From Dimorphilus gyrociliatus (Eukaryota; Animalia; Annelida), in contig CAJFCJ010000010.1 in the NCBI GenBank assembly GCA_904063045.1, positions 1,674,001 through 1,738,000 on the forward strand: a stretch of DNA of 64,000 bases, written 5' to 3'. This document shows positions 23,355-36,845 of this stretch, piece after piece (positions within the stretch are counted from its first letter, which is position 1; each line of letters opens with the position of its first letter). The translations under genes and the position numbers were made by a program. The notes beneath the pieces are model-generated. The model was given only the letters and a program-made list of their open reading frames with translations, ran no database searches and was not told the DNA's origin.

Positions 23355-26300
23355 ATGGATCAACATTCATCCTCCGGTCGGATTCAACTTACCGAGGCGG
23401 ACCTTTCAGGGCAATCTTCTTATACGGTAATTTTTAAGAATATTTCATACAGTTTTTAATCGAAAATATCGTGATTTGATTACATTAATATTTAAGTACG
23501 CGAGCGATAATAGGAGCAAATTAATGGAGGGTAGAAACCTACGAAATTTGACAAGTGTCTTTCTTACCTTGGAAATAGTTTTTTTCGGGTTCGGTATCAT
23601 GCGTTTGGCTCAATTGCACACAATATTGACTCGTTTTTTTTCGCAACGGCTGCGTGTTTTATTGTATTCATTCAATTGACCAAGTTTTTTTTATTTTTTA
23701 ATTTAGCTATATGTCTAAATGATGCGAAAAACCATTCTCCTTCTTTAGATTTATTCATTCTATATATTAAGATTGTATAGTATTAATAGGGAAATTTAAG
23801 GTAAAAAAAATATATCTGAACTTTTTATGCTAACTTATACGTATGCGTGGAACATTTTCCAAATGCCAACCGCAAATGGCCGGTATTCGTTTTTTTTCTC
23901 TACATCGAGAAAAGCTAATAAGATTACGGCTCGAAGGTAAAAATATTTCTCAAATAAAATTAAAAAAGTAAGAGAACGAGAACAAGAACAGGAACAAGAA
24001 TGCAACCATTCTTGAAAAAAAGCAGACAAAATCGATCAAAAGAGTGAGAGTGGAGGAGTGAGTGAGTGAGTGAGTGAGTGAGTGAGTGAGTTATTGAGTG
24101 AAGTGCTGGCTGGAAAATTTGAAAACAATGCAAAGTCAAGTATATATTGTAAAAGGCGAATAGGAGTTATTTTAGAGAAAAATTTTTTTGAATCTACCCT
24201 TTTATTATTTCAATTATTATCATTATTATTATTATTATTATCGGCTTTTCAAGTGTAATTTAACGATCGGTTTTACTTATAGTATGAGGGAATCTGCTTA
24301 ATTGACTGTTGAAATACCGTATTTTGAAGAAGCTCCAGTATTTCATTATCAATATTTGGGAGGGAGGGAGGGAGGGGGGGAGAAGAAAAAGAGATAAAAT
24401 ACAGGGCGTTTTCAGAATGGTTTGCAGTAGGCCTTCCCGTACTTTTTTCTCTTCCTCTTTGTTTTTTTCTTAGTGTTTATTAACTTTGCACCGAGAAAAA
24501 ACGTTTTAAAGCTGTCCTTCATTTTTTGTAAACCAGAGACAATTACAAGGTACCTGGAAATTAAGGTTTTAGAATATGTTCCAGCTTGAAAGTGTCTTAA
24601 TATTTTGGATACGTGTATTTTTTTTATTCACAGTTATTAGTTTCGACCAAAAAAATTATATTCAAATGTTACCACAGCGATTGTATAGTAGATATAATGC
24701 ATTTTTTTTCTTTATTGGAACATCTGTAGTATTGAAATATTATATTGCACCTGCTGCTTTTACCGGTGTTTTGAATACGGATGGCAAATGTTGGAAGTAT
24801 CCGCCATTTTTACTAGAGGATGCTATGTAATCATAATTCTACAAACGAATATTGCTACTGCAGTGTACGGAAATTTTATGTTACGTCCGGATTATTAGTA
24901 TTAATCGCGCTCATCTCTTTCCTAGCTTCCTTTCAGGTGGATAAAATATAAGATAATCTTTATTTGTCAATTCCGATATTTGAATTGATAAATAATTTTT
25001 ACAATGCAGCATACTGCGTTTATAGTGTATTCATTTACGTGTATATGTAAACCTTATTCATTGATATACGATTATATTCCATATGTATAATGATTCCTAT
25101 AAGTATATGTCCTTTTAAATACACCTACATAACTATTATGTAATAACCATTTCATTCGTCAACAGGTAGGGAAAAGTGCGCGACGGCGACCAAAAATCAA
25201 AGTGCAGCAACGATCTGAGGAATCCGCCAGTTCTGGGAGCTTTATCAGACAGGTAGATTGTTATGCTACCACATAACTTTTGCAGTAGGCTCTAGAAGTA
25301 GGTCAACGTTCTATTCCAGAACAGACTGCGCTTATTGATTTCGCGCTCTTCTAGGCCTAAATTATTGTTTATGAATCCACCTGTTTTTCTCTACGTTACC
25401 CTCTACCTTCTGTAAAAATTATTTTTACAGTAGGGCAAATAGTTTGTAGAGAAAAAATTTGATTGGTTAAGTCATGTAAGCATTTGTCACTTTCGAACGT
25501 CATCGTTAGTAAAATCAATAGACAAGATATGCGGCGGAACGCTCTTCCCGTCTAGACGCCCGTGTCCAATCGCCGTCGACTTAACATGGCAAACCGGAAG
25601 TAGATTTGTGCATGAATTATGTGATGCGTTTGTTTTTATCGGCGATATCATGAGGAGTGATGAGAGTCGGGGAGGCGATGGTCAACACCGCTTCTTCAAC
25701 TACTCCATCCTCCAGACGGCGCCTCGTATCCGATTCATCACTCTCCTCGGTAAAATATTTTTTATAATAGGCCTATATAATTTCTTTTTATCGTTTTTTC
25801 CTCTTTCTAACTCTTACACACCCCTACTTTCTCTCCATTCGTCTATTTATCAGTCTATACCTTTTTACGCTCTCTATCAGTCTACCGAGTTAGACCTTTT
25901 GATCTGAGTCGCCCCTAGTTTACAAGGCTTGTTCTTTCATTTCGTCGATAATGGATAAAGGTGCAGTTCATAAACAAATTACGGCATTGGCATCATGAAA
26001 AAGAGATCAGTCGGTTGCAACCGTATCTAATATGATTTGGCAGGTGATTATCCTTTTTTGGCAATAAATTTCCAGCGTTGATAAAGAAAAAAAAACAAGC
26101 AGAAGGATAATATGTTATTCTCTTCAATCAGGTCTCTAGCTTTCTCTCTCTCGCTCTCTCCCCCCTTTTGTTTTCACAAAGCAGGATATCTCAAAGCCAA
26201 AGATCGAAATTCACCGCCAAACTCAAGATGCTATTATCCCATTGAGTTTGTGCCCTTTCCTAACCTCTGAATCGATTGTATGTTCCCGAGCAGAGCAGAA

Positions 26301-29300
26301 TTTTTAAGCAACCATATATTTATTAACTAGTTTGCAACGTCATTACCAAAAATGTATAGACGGTTTTATTTGGAGATGAGGTCTATTTCTATGCCATCAT
26401 TAATATAATATTAATATACTAATATATAGTTCACAAAAATAAGTACTGTATATTCAATATGTACACTGCAATTTTATAGGTTTTGTTATATTTTATTGTC
26501 CTCTTTTTACTTTATCTATCTACTCCATTGCTTCAGGGATCGGCCGATTCAAATTTTAGCCAACCCTCATCTGAACTCTCAGAGGATGACAGAGACGCTT
26601 TTCGCAGGGAATCGGAACGTCAGGCTGTCAGTCAATTGGAAAAGGGCAAGGTAAAATTTTTATCTTTTACTCTCTATTCTTTTTCTCTGTCAATTATATA
26701 AACTTTTCGGCAGGCCGTCAGACAGTTAAACAAAGCAGAGGTTTGTGATATTATAGTAGAAAAACTTGATAAAATGTAGGCAAAAAACATAAAAATAAAA
26801 ACGTTAGCTGAAACTGTTTGCGGTGGCCATATTACATTTGATTCGTGTGGTTTGATAAAAATAATAACTCATTTTTATAACATTCTTTATAGGATGTTAC
26901 TTCTTTCGTATATAAAAGAATTATTTAATATTTCTCGTCAGTAAGCTGAATAAACTTAAAATATTATATACTTTACACAGCATAAATAGCTGTGAAAAAA
27001 ATTTCTTTTGGATTCTCATTTAAAGAAATATATATAACCAAAAAGTAATTTATAAATGAAAATTATTCAAGTGCCTTTTCAAAGATGTCTTGATTATTCC
27101 CAATGATCAAACCAACACTTAAAATTGATATGTAAACCCGCTGACGGTCATTAATTACCAGTTTTCTACTTTATTCTGTTGTTTCTTTTTGTGTGCATAC
27201 ATCAATATACGTATATACGACAATATACGCTATAACATACAATATATACTGTATATAATCCCCTAAACAACTAGGCGTATATAAGTATATGTGTATGCTA
27301 TGCATGACAACAGTCTTAGATAACTCTAACACACGTTTTAAACTGCAACTAAATTTATATCCTAATGTATGTTATTTTCAATTAACACACATTACTCTAG
27401 AGTGTCTGTTGATAGTTAAGTGTTTTGATCTAATTTCCTTCACCTATATCACAAGTATTTATACAATATTTCAAAAACAATTCCACCAAAATATCATCTT
27501 GTTATAAATACTAAATTTTGTTTTTTTTTGAATTATGCCTAAATAATAATGAATAATTTTTTTTTGCACTCCCCTATATTTTTACTGTAGTATTCACGTA
27601 CTTCCTTGTAAGATGTTGTAAAAAAAACAAAATAATTATTAATTACAAAACGACAGGCTTTTAATTAGGGACGTATACTAGTTACCAACTTGAACTTAAA
27701 AGACGTATAGGATAGATATAAAAAGAGATTTCAATAAAATAATAAAAAAATTTAAGATTTAAATAAATAAACTTTTTTTAACGATGCTGATGATACTTTT
27801 ATACTAGTACGTTAATTACCTAATAGTTAGCTCTTTCTGAGAGTAAGATAATACATTAATTAGCATACCCGAAAAAATATCATAAAGCAGATTTTCTTTA
27901 GTAAATATTCTTAGTCAAAAGTATTACCCTTATGCTTAATTCTGAGAAAAGAGTAAATTCGTTAGACCATCTGTGATTCTTATTATTTTTGAAACTATAA
28001 AAAAATAAAGAGAGAAAAAAAAGAAAAAAAGTTATTTTATAATGTTGATTTTATTGAAATTATTGTATCATAAAACTATATTAGAAATTTTATAAAACTA
28101 ATTTATCAATTTATCAAATAAATTTTTATATCAAAATTGATCTGTAACATATGTTAATTATTATATTAAGTTTTTAATTGCTAGTTATTCATTTTTTTAA
28201 ATTACTGATGGAATAAAATATAAAAAATTAAGATACAACTTTTTATAGTATTGATAACGTTTTCTCATTAAATGAAATTAAGTATATTTTCAAAGCAAGC
28301 ATTTATATATATATACATATATATATATCTATATTTATTTTTATATAGAAAGAGCTATGAATAAGCAGGTGCTAATTCTGTTTTTTTTATATATAATAGA
28401 TTAACTAGTTCTTAATAAAAATAAATAATTTATAAATATAGTCAGGCTAAAATAGCGAAATCGTTGTTATTACAGAAATAACAACATTTTCGTCTTTTTT
28501 ACAGTGCATTTAAGTTTGTATTAGTGTGCATTCATAGATTTTTGCGCACTTTTTGACTGATAAAACAAGTTTCAGTAAACATTAATTATATTACTTGGGA
28601 AAAAAAATAAGTCGCATATGATGTATATATACTGTATATACATATATTATTCTATAGATTGTCTAATAGCTGTATGATCTTTCTTCACAGACAAAACCGG
28701 TGGCTTTCGCAGTTCGGACGAATGTTGCATACGAACCAGGGAGCGATGATGATTCACCGGTTCATGGCCAGGCTATAGGTTTTGCGCAAAAGGATTTCTT
28801 GCATATTAAAGAGGTGTGAAATTATAAATTGATATAAAAATCATCTACGAATCTCATTCAAGATATTGATTATCAAATTAAGATATTAAATATTTAAAAT
28901 TTTAGAAAATTACTTTTTTTTTAAAAAAAATGGATTCCTACATTTAACACTTGTTTGTTTCTCTTTTATCAAATAGAAATTCAACAACGACTGGTGGATT
29001 GGTCGGCTTGTGAAAGAAGGTTGTAAAATAGGTTTTATACCGTCACCGGCTAAATTGGAACAGCTCAAATTGCAAAACGCCAATGCTGCCGCGTCGCGAA
29101 ATGTTAAATTGTATGGTCGTCAGGGTTCGAAAACGAATTCAAGTTCGAATATCGATAATATACTGAATTCGAAAAGTTCGAATTCACGGGGTTCAACTCC
29201 TCCTACTCCTGGGTTCGATTTAGAACAGAACGGTGTTGATTCAAATGTGGGAGAGGATAGCGATAGTTTGGGTAATTCAAAAACATCTAAAGCGTCAATA

Positions 29301-30838
29301 ACACCCCCCGCTAAGGAAAAACGTAAGCCGTTCTTTAAGAAAGTACGTATGCTTTATTTGTAATAAATTCTTTTTTTGCTAAATATATATAAAACCAATA
29401 CTTTTTATCCTCTTTTACAGTCGGAGCAGACTCCTCCTTACGAAGTAGTGCCTTCCATGCGCCCATTGGTCCTTATAGGGCCGTCGTTGAAGGGCTACGA
29501 AGTAACGGATATGATGCAGAAAGCGATATTCGACTTTTTGAAGCATCGGTTTGAAGGCAGGTGCGTAAACAATTTCATTATACTGTGTATGAGAGAAAGT
29601 TAACTATTCATTCATTCTACCTTTCTTTATAAATTTCATATTCATTATTCGTTTATATATGTTTATTCTATGTCATTTTAGAATCGTCATAACCCGAGTA
29701 ACCGCCGATATTTCACTCGCCAAACGCTCATTGCTCAACAATCCGAGTAAAAAGGCCATTATGGAACGTGCGAATAGTCGTTCGTCCTGTATGGCCGAGG
29801 TGCAAGCGGAAATCGAAAGGATATTCGAATTGGCTCGAACTCTGCAGATCGTTGTCCTCGATTGCGATACGATAAATCATCCTTCGCAACTCGCAAAGAC
29901 ATCCCTTGCTCCGATAGTAGTATATTTGAAAATTTCTTCGCCAAAGGTAAGCTGAATCGAAATAATATGTTTCCTATTCGTTGATCTTAATACGTTCGAG
30001 AATGTAAAGTTTTATCTTTTTTTACTTGTTTTAATAGGTGCTACAACGTCTGGTGAAATCGCGGGGTAAATCCCAAACTAGAAATATGAATGTACAATTA
30101 GTGGCCGCCGAAAAATTAAGTCAGTGCAATCCGGACATGTTCGACGTCATATTAGACGAGAACCAGTTAGACGATGCCTGTGAACACCTCGCCGAATATT
30201 TGGAAGCCTATTGGAAGGCTACTCACCCGTTACCGGTTGCAAATCCTCAAGCACATCAGCAATCTCAGCAGATGGGTCAGGCTTCTTCCTCCTCGAATAG
30301 GGATAGGGATAGGGACAGGGACAGGGATAGGGAAAGAGATAGAGATAGGGCCGCTAGTAACGAGCGACTGTGTGATAGGGACACGCGTGATCATAGGTTA
30401 AGTAGAGAGCACGATCCGAGAGAGGATTACGACCGCTTTCCTGAGAGAGAACATCGTCATGAACATCATAGAACTGGTATGGAAGATTATGACAGGGATC
30501 ACCACCAACATCACCAGCACCACCACGACAGAAATCGTCGATATAAGGAGGACAGGTATAAAGAGAGGCGACCCCCGCACTACGCTATGCGTTTTCCGGA
30601 CGAGTTTGCCGAGCCTTATAATAGACCTGACCTCCACCGTTATGATTCAATTGAAGAGGAACAGTATGAACATCCCCCTCACCGACGAAGGCATCCAATG
30701 CACCAAATAAGGCGGACTGATGAACCTCCTGAGATTGACCTCGATGACCTTGACAATGCGGAACCTCCTTACCCTCCTAGGGGGAATAGAAGGCCGGATA
30801 GGAGTAAATACCCACCACAAGGCAGTATAGCCATCTAA
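23355..30838 (+). CDS. CACNB: Voltage-gated calcium channel beta subunit (SH3-HOOK-GK), exons 23355-23426, 25166-25252, 26537-26650, 28691-28813, 28977-29342, 29421-29560, 29681-29946, 30038-30838
   Basis: SGSFIRQ|[105 protein letters not shown]. Exon 1 is inferred from its phase-0 fit. Confidence 0.95.
24056..24090 (+). repeat. (GAGT)n microsatellite in CACNB intron 1
   Basis: About 8-9 tandem GAGT units read directly. Confidence 0.9.
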
Positions 30839-33800
30839 CGCAGTGTTTTTTTCCTCTTCTTCGCTTCATGTTTTTTTTTCATCTTTTACCTCTATCTCTC
30901 TGTCTCTGGATACTGGTGCAAAGATTTTTTCTCATATCGTTTCTATTCCTCCCATTGTCGGTTGGAAAAATGAATTGAGAATCAAGTTCAAGTTGTTACA
31001 CATTTTTTTCGTCACTCGCCTTTTACCGTACTTAATTTATTTTTAAAAAATAATAATAATAATTTTTTCTGGCTTTTTGCCTGCAGTTTATTAAAAAACT
31101 GCATTAAAAAATGAAATAGTCCGCGTCGTTTATTATTATTTATCATTATTCATTATTGTTATTAATATCGACATTATCTTTTTTCTATTTCATATGAAGG
31201 GTATAGACTATTAAAGGAAAGAAAGACAAGTAATTGAGAAAGTTTGCTTATTGAATATTCATATTTCTCAGTGTTTTTGGAGAGAAAATTTACAATTAAA
31301 AAGATTTTTTTCCGAAAAGTAAACGAAATTGAAAAAGGTTGTTTTAAAGGAATTAATAAAAAAAGTTAGGGCCAAAATAATCAGTAATTAGGCAATAAAA
31401 AACTAATTAGTATGAATATTCAAATATGTATGACAAATCGTCCTTTTGAGAAAGCTAACAGAAACAAAACAAAGTTTTGAAAAAATGATGATACGACAGA
31501 AAGTTTCCTTTCAAAAATTTCTTTCCTTTGTGTCTATCTAAAAAATAAAACAAGAAAGATTTACATAGTCAAAGAATACCAGTGTACAACGTATTAAGGA
31601 AAAAAAAAGAAACAGACCTAAAGATAACATTGAAGGCTTATTTGCATATTTTTTCTGTCTCTCATCTTCGTTTTACGACGTAAACGTTTGGCATGCAGAT
31701 TTTTTCAAAAATGAAACAGTAAAAAAAGTGAAAAGAAAAAAAAAGAGAACGAGAAACGTTGCGGTGCATTTTTGCAGCGTATTCTCGTTTTTTTTTTCTT
31801 TTTTTTTGTAAATAATTATTGTACAAGAGAATTATAATGAATGTGTCTATTGTTTTTTTTTTCAGACACAAAACTATTTGCATTGACAGTTTTACTCGTT
31901 TGTAATATTTCGCATTGTTTCCAGAAATATTTCGACGTACGTCTATAATTATTCTATGATATTTGAGCACGTTTTTTCCCGTTTTTTTTCCTTTCTGATC
32001 GACTGCACAACGGTTGAGCGTGTGTTTTTTTTTATTTCTATTTTGTTTTTTTGCAGTCGGCATACTGCAAAAAAAGGAAAAAAAAACATCGTGTTTTTTT
32101 TATTTAATTTTTTTTATTTTCTCAATTCGCTCGTCGAAAGTAGTGAAAAAAAAACAAATTTTGTTCCCTTTTTTCTCCGTTTTTAAACAAAAAAGAGAAA
32201 AATTATGACTTTTATTAAATTACAAAAAAAAACTTTTTCATATATTAATTAATTTTTCCTTCATTTTGGCGCGAAAATGTTTTTTAACAATTGATTACGA
32301 AAATTCCTTTTTTTTTTCTTCCCTGATATTTTTTCCCTTTGTTTCGACTTGTTTCAAAACGTTTACGTGCCTTCTCATTATTCGGACTATTTCTTATGAT
32401 AACTTTGTTGAAAATTTGTAAATACATTTTTATCTTGAGATAAAAACGATTTTAAACAAAGGAAATTTAAGTTTAAGAGAAAAGGAAAAGAGAGAGAAAA
32501 AGGCAGAAAAGGATAAAAATACGCAAATAATTCTTTGTTTTCTTTTACTATTTTATATGTTCATTTTCAGCTTTTTTCTATTTATCTCTCTCTCTCTCAC
32601 TCTTTCTCTCTTTCTCTCTGATTCTTCACAATGAGTAATGAAAAAATTTGATCAATTTCGTTTCGCATAAAAAATTGAAAATGATATATTTTCTTTTCTA
32701 GCAGTTTGAGCATATCTTCTCGCTCTCGCGCTCTCTCCTCTTCCCATATCCCTTGCTTCCCTCTTCCCAATTTAATTATTAATAGGTAATAGAAAGCCAA
32801 AAAAACAAAATTTAATAATTGGCTTATAAATAAGCAAAATGACACTGGCAATGAAAAATAATATCGTGGATAGAGTAATTTCATTCGCTACCCATTTTAA
32901 CCTTTTCTTTTTAATATATTCTCTATTCGTACAATATGAAACATTGTTATTTAAGACTACGAACAATCGTAAAACGTTTTACTTATTCAAAAACCATTGA
33001 TCAAAATTGAAAGAAAACGTTAAGAGACAAAATATCGTCAACAGTAAAATTTATGAATAGTAATTCAATAATAATGTATTGAACTTTGGCTGCGTCTGTC
33101 AAAAGTTCAATAATAGATGAAAAATTTAAAAGTATTACTCATCTTGAATACTGCTTTCATATATTTTATATGTATCATATATACATATCTATTCACTTTG
33201 ATTATTATTGTACTAACATAATATGACCTATAGAATTTATATATTATACCGTAGTTGTTGAGAGTTGGTTATAACTATTCCATTAATTTTCCAATGAATA
33301 TTCATGAAACAGTGGAAAAAAACCCGAAAAAAAACAAGATGAATGTCATAACAATTTGTATTATCTATTAGAAAGGATAAAAACTGTATACTTTGTATAG
33401 TATGTAATTTAACAATGGAATAAAACAAAGATCATACGATAGTATGATATTAGGATATTGTTTTATTTAAAAAAATTCAATTACCTTCATTAATTAACAA
33501 TAAGATATACTAATTATAAATATATGTATATATATATATATATATATAGTTATGAGTGGGATGAATATTGAAATAATATACTTCAAAATATAAAAGACTT
33601 TAAATCAATAGAAATACTTTGTTATCTGATTAATAGCAGGAGTTTTTTTTTCACAATTAACCATTGATAATCCTCCATATGGTAGGATATATACAGTATA
33701 TATACTGTATATATATATATATATATATTACATATCTAACAATTACAATAATATATAGAGTATTTTATTAAATTATCTACTTAATATTCACTAATTACAC

Positions 33801-34103
33801 AGTATATACAAATATATTTCTACTTATACCAGTTTAAATGAAGCGAAATAGTAATATTTAAATTAGTTTTTCCATTTCTATTCTTTAATTGATATTTTCT
33901 TTAATGGAAATAAAAAAAAAATAAAAACAAATAAACTGTTTAAACAGTATGAGAAAGTAGTCAGGTGTTTATTAAATAAAAATGTACTTAAATGGGGCAA
34001 AAGTTGAGTAAAGAGATAAAAACCTTTTTATACTTTTTTATTTATTTTCTTTTAATATTCAAATTTAGAAATATAGAGGTTGTTCTCCTTCTTTCTATAT
34101 CTA

Positions 34104-34164
<61 letters not shown>

Positions 34165-34429
34165 ATCTTTAATCTTTTTATATACGAGTAGACATAGAAA
34201 ATGGCTGCTCTAATTTATTGTATAATTAGCGGAAGAGAGAGAGAGAGAGAGAAAACCTACTTAGAAATTTCGCATAATTATTATTTTGCCATATAAATAA
34301 TTTATAGTAATTGATGAATTGACCAATAAGATCTTTTACTCTTTTACTTTTAATGTATTTCATTGATAAATATCAAATTTTTAACGGAACAATTTTGAAT
34401 ATTTCATATCTCATCCTAAATACCCACAA

Positions 34430-34925
34430 AAACTTGCTCCTTCTACTATTTTCCCATAAAAACCATTAATAATTCTCCCAGATATAAAGAAGACAGATTG
34501 ATGAATTGTCTTCCTACTAAATTGATCTTTCATATTTCTTTTTTTCTTCCCATTCTTAAGACAAAAACAATTCGTATTTAAAGGATTCTTTGTACAGTTT
34601 TCTTTCCTCTTCTTTAACAAATAGCACCATCCGCTTCTCCTTCAACCTTTTAAAGGCAAGCATAAAACAATCTTTGATTTTCATTAAGGACTGTCTTGGC
34701 AAAGATTTTCGATATGAGTTTCCAATAGAAATAGCTAATTACTCGATTTCTCCAGTGCACTTTGAAGACGAACGTACTATTACTGGATTATTGAATGTTA
34801 TTTCCCCTGACTGTAACTTTTCAGGGACTGTAGATACCATAAACAACACTCTTTCTCCAATGGTCCATTGATTTTTTTCACCTTCATTTCTTATATATGT
34901 TCCTATTTCTTTCTCTGCGCCGTCT
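34430..34925 (-). pseudogene. Possible degenerate coding relic of unknown family
   Basis: One minus-strand frame reads about 120 codons with a single internal TAA (GAEKEIGTYIRNEGEKNQWTIGERVLF...GEIE*LAISIGNSYRKS...YELFLS*). No recognisable domain. Confidence 0.3.
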
Positions 34926-35778
34926 TCTCATCTCAGAATGAAGATAACAGACTAAATATAGTCGCAACCGATTAGGATACAACGATCATTTTCCTACAGC
35001 TTTCCTTAAACATGTAAATATTATATTTGTAATTGGATATTCCTAAGTTTAAATATCTTATCTTTCCATCATTGTTTACCAGTTTGTTCTTACAAGAATT
35101 ATATCTTTTATTTTTAACCAAAATTTTCAAGGTCAGAAGGAAAGATATGATAAGACTGTCTAATTTTCAAATTTGAAAGAAAACGTGAAAAAAGTAATGA
35201 ATTTCTAGGGAAAAGTGAGAGAGAGAGAGAGAGAGAGAGATCAGAATTTAGATTAAAACCACGCCCATAAAAGAAACTTAAAAGAAGCTTGTATTTAACA
35301 AATAACATCCAAGTTATGTTAACTTATTCTTTGAGATATACACTTTCTCTTTATACTAATATATATGCTAGAATGATTGAAGAAAAATGATTATTTTCCA
35401 ATAGGATAAAAGATAAAAATCATATCGTTCTTTCCTTAAAATATAACACGTTTGAAGGAAAAGAAAATGGAAACTGATTAAAATGACATCTGATGGAGAG
35501 TACCATTTCAAATTACTGTATTATGGAAAGTCGATTTGCAACCTTTTTACTTGTTTACTTCTTTAGAAGTATTAACAATCTTAAAGTTTCAATGTTTCAA
35601 CTCCATGATAAAGTACAGTTTGTTATCTAACGTAATATTTAGGTTCTTAGTTGTACACTTCATTACGCTAAGACAGTTGTTGCTCCTCTAAATCGTTTAC
35701 TAACCCGCCGACGATTATCCATCTTGGTCTTATCTTATATATCGTATATAAGATCATATATCATATATTCGACCTAAA

Positions 35779-36845
35779 GATACTCATTTCGAACTATTTC
35801 TATTCTAGTTTTATGACAATTCAATCACAGAGCATCTGATAATAATTAGACCTATTCATACAGTTTTAAGCTTGTCTTCATTCCAGGATATTTGAGACTA
35901 TGGAAACAAAACAATTTTTCTTCCCAGTTGGGAATATTTATCACTCATTCTCACCCCATTCTGCAAAGAATATTTAGGTTACCTTTTTATTAGAATCTAT
36001 AACGATAATAAAGAAAAAGTTGGCAGCTGACTTTAGATTAAAAATCAACTTGTTTGCAGTATACCTTTTGCAGTTTTTTCCAGAAATATTTTTCTCTATT
36101 TACGTAAGAAAAAAGGTAATAAAGATCTTATATGAATACAATAAAGACTGAAAATGTGATTATATCTCACATGCAAAAAATCGAAAAGTACGATTGAAAA
36201 GTCTCATTTTTCTTCCATGATTTTAAGAATATCTAATGAAATTTATGAAATTTCTAGTTCTCTAACAACGACATTCAAAATATATCATCATATTATCCTC
36301 TCAATATCAGCATCTTCCAAGGCACACAATTGACATTACATTATTCAGTCTAAATATGTTCGTGATAGAAAAAATTGATTTTCCATCTGGTTATGACGAA
36401 ATAGATAGTCATTAGAGTTTGTCTATTCTTTGGTGTAATCGGAAAATAATACAATTTTTAGTTTGTAACAGATATTTAAAACTTGTAGTTTGTCAAACCG
36501 CAACTATGTTTCACCTTTCATGAATAAGTGAAAATTGTTACTTTGTTTTTACTAATCTCAAGTATCTTTGAATGAAGACAAGAATCTTGATAGATTATAA
36601 AGAAAAAGATTCTATTTTCACAGCAATCCTATATTTGATATTCATAAGATGAACTTGATGGATTATTATTCCTTGCAATCATATTTTGGAGATATTCACC
36701 TCAAACCCTATTTATAATGAATGATTCAATGACCGAATATCTAATAGCAATTAGATCTATTCACACAGTTTTAAGCTTGTCTTCATTCCAGGCTAACTAA
36801 GACTATGAAAGCAAAGTAATTTTTGCCCCCAATTGGGAATATTTT
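35779..36845 (+). repeat. Diverged direct repeat pair of about 160 bp (35779-35940 and 36691-36845)
   Basis: Shared core CAGTTTTAAGCTTGTCTTCATTCCAGG at about 35861 and 36766, with similar flanks. Confidence 0.85.

Noticed and set aside
31600-34250. Numerous 60-130 aa ORFs rich in K, F or LS
   Set aside because: Translations of poly-A/T and (CT)n tracts in the CACNB 3' region; no coding signal.
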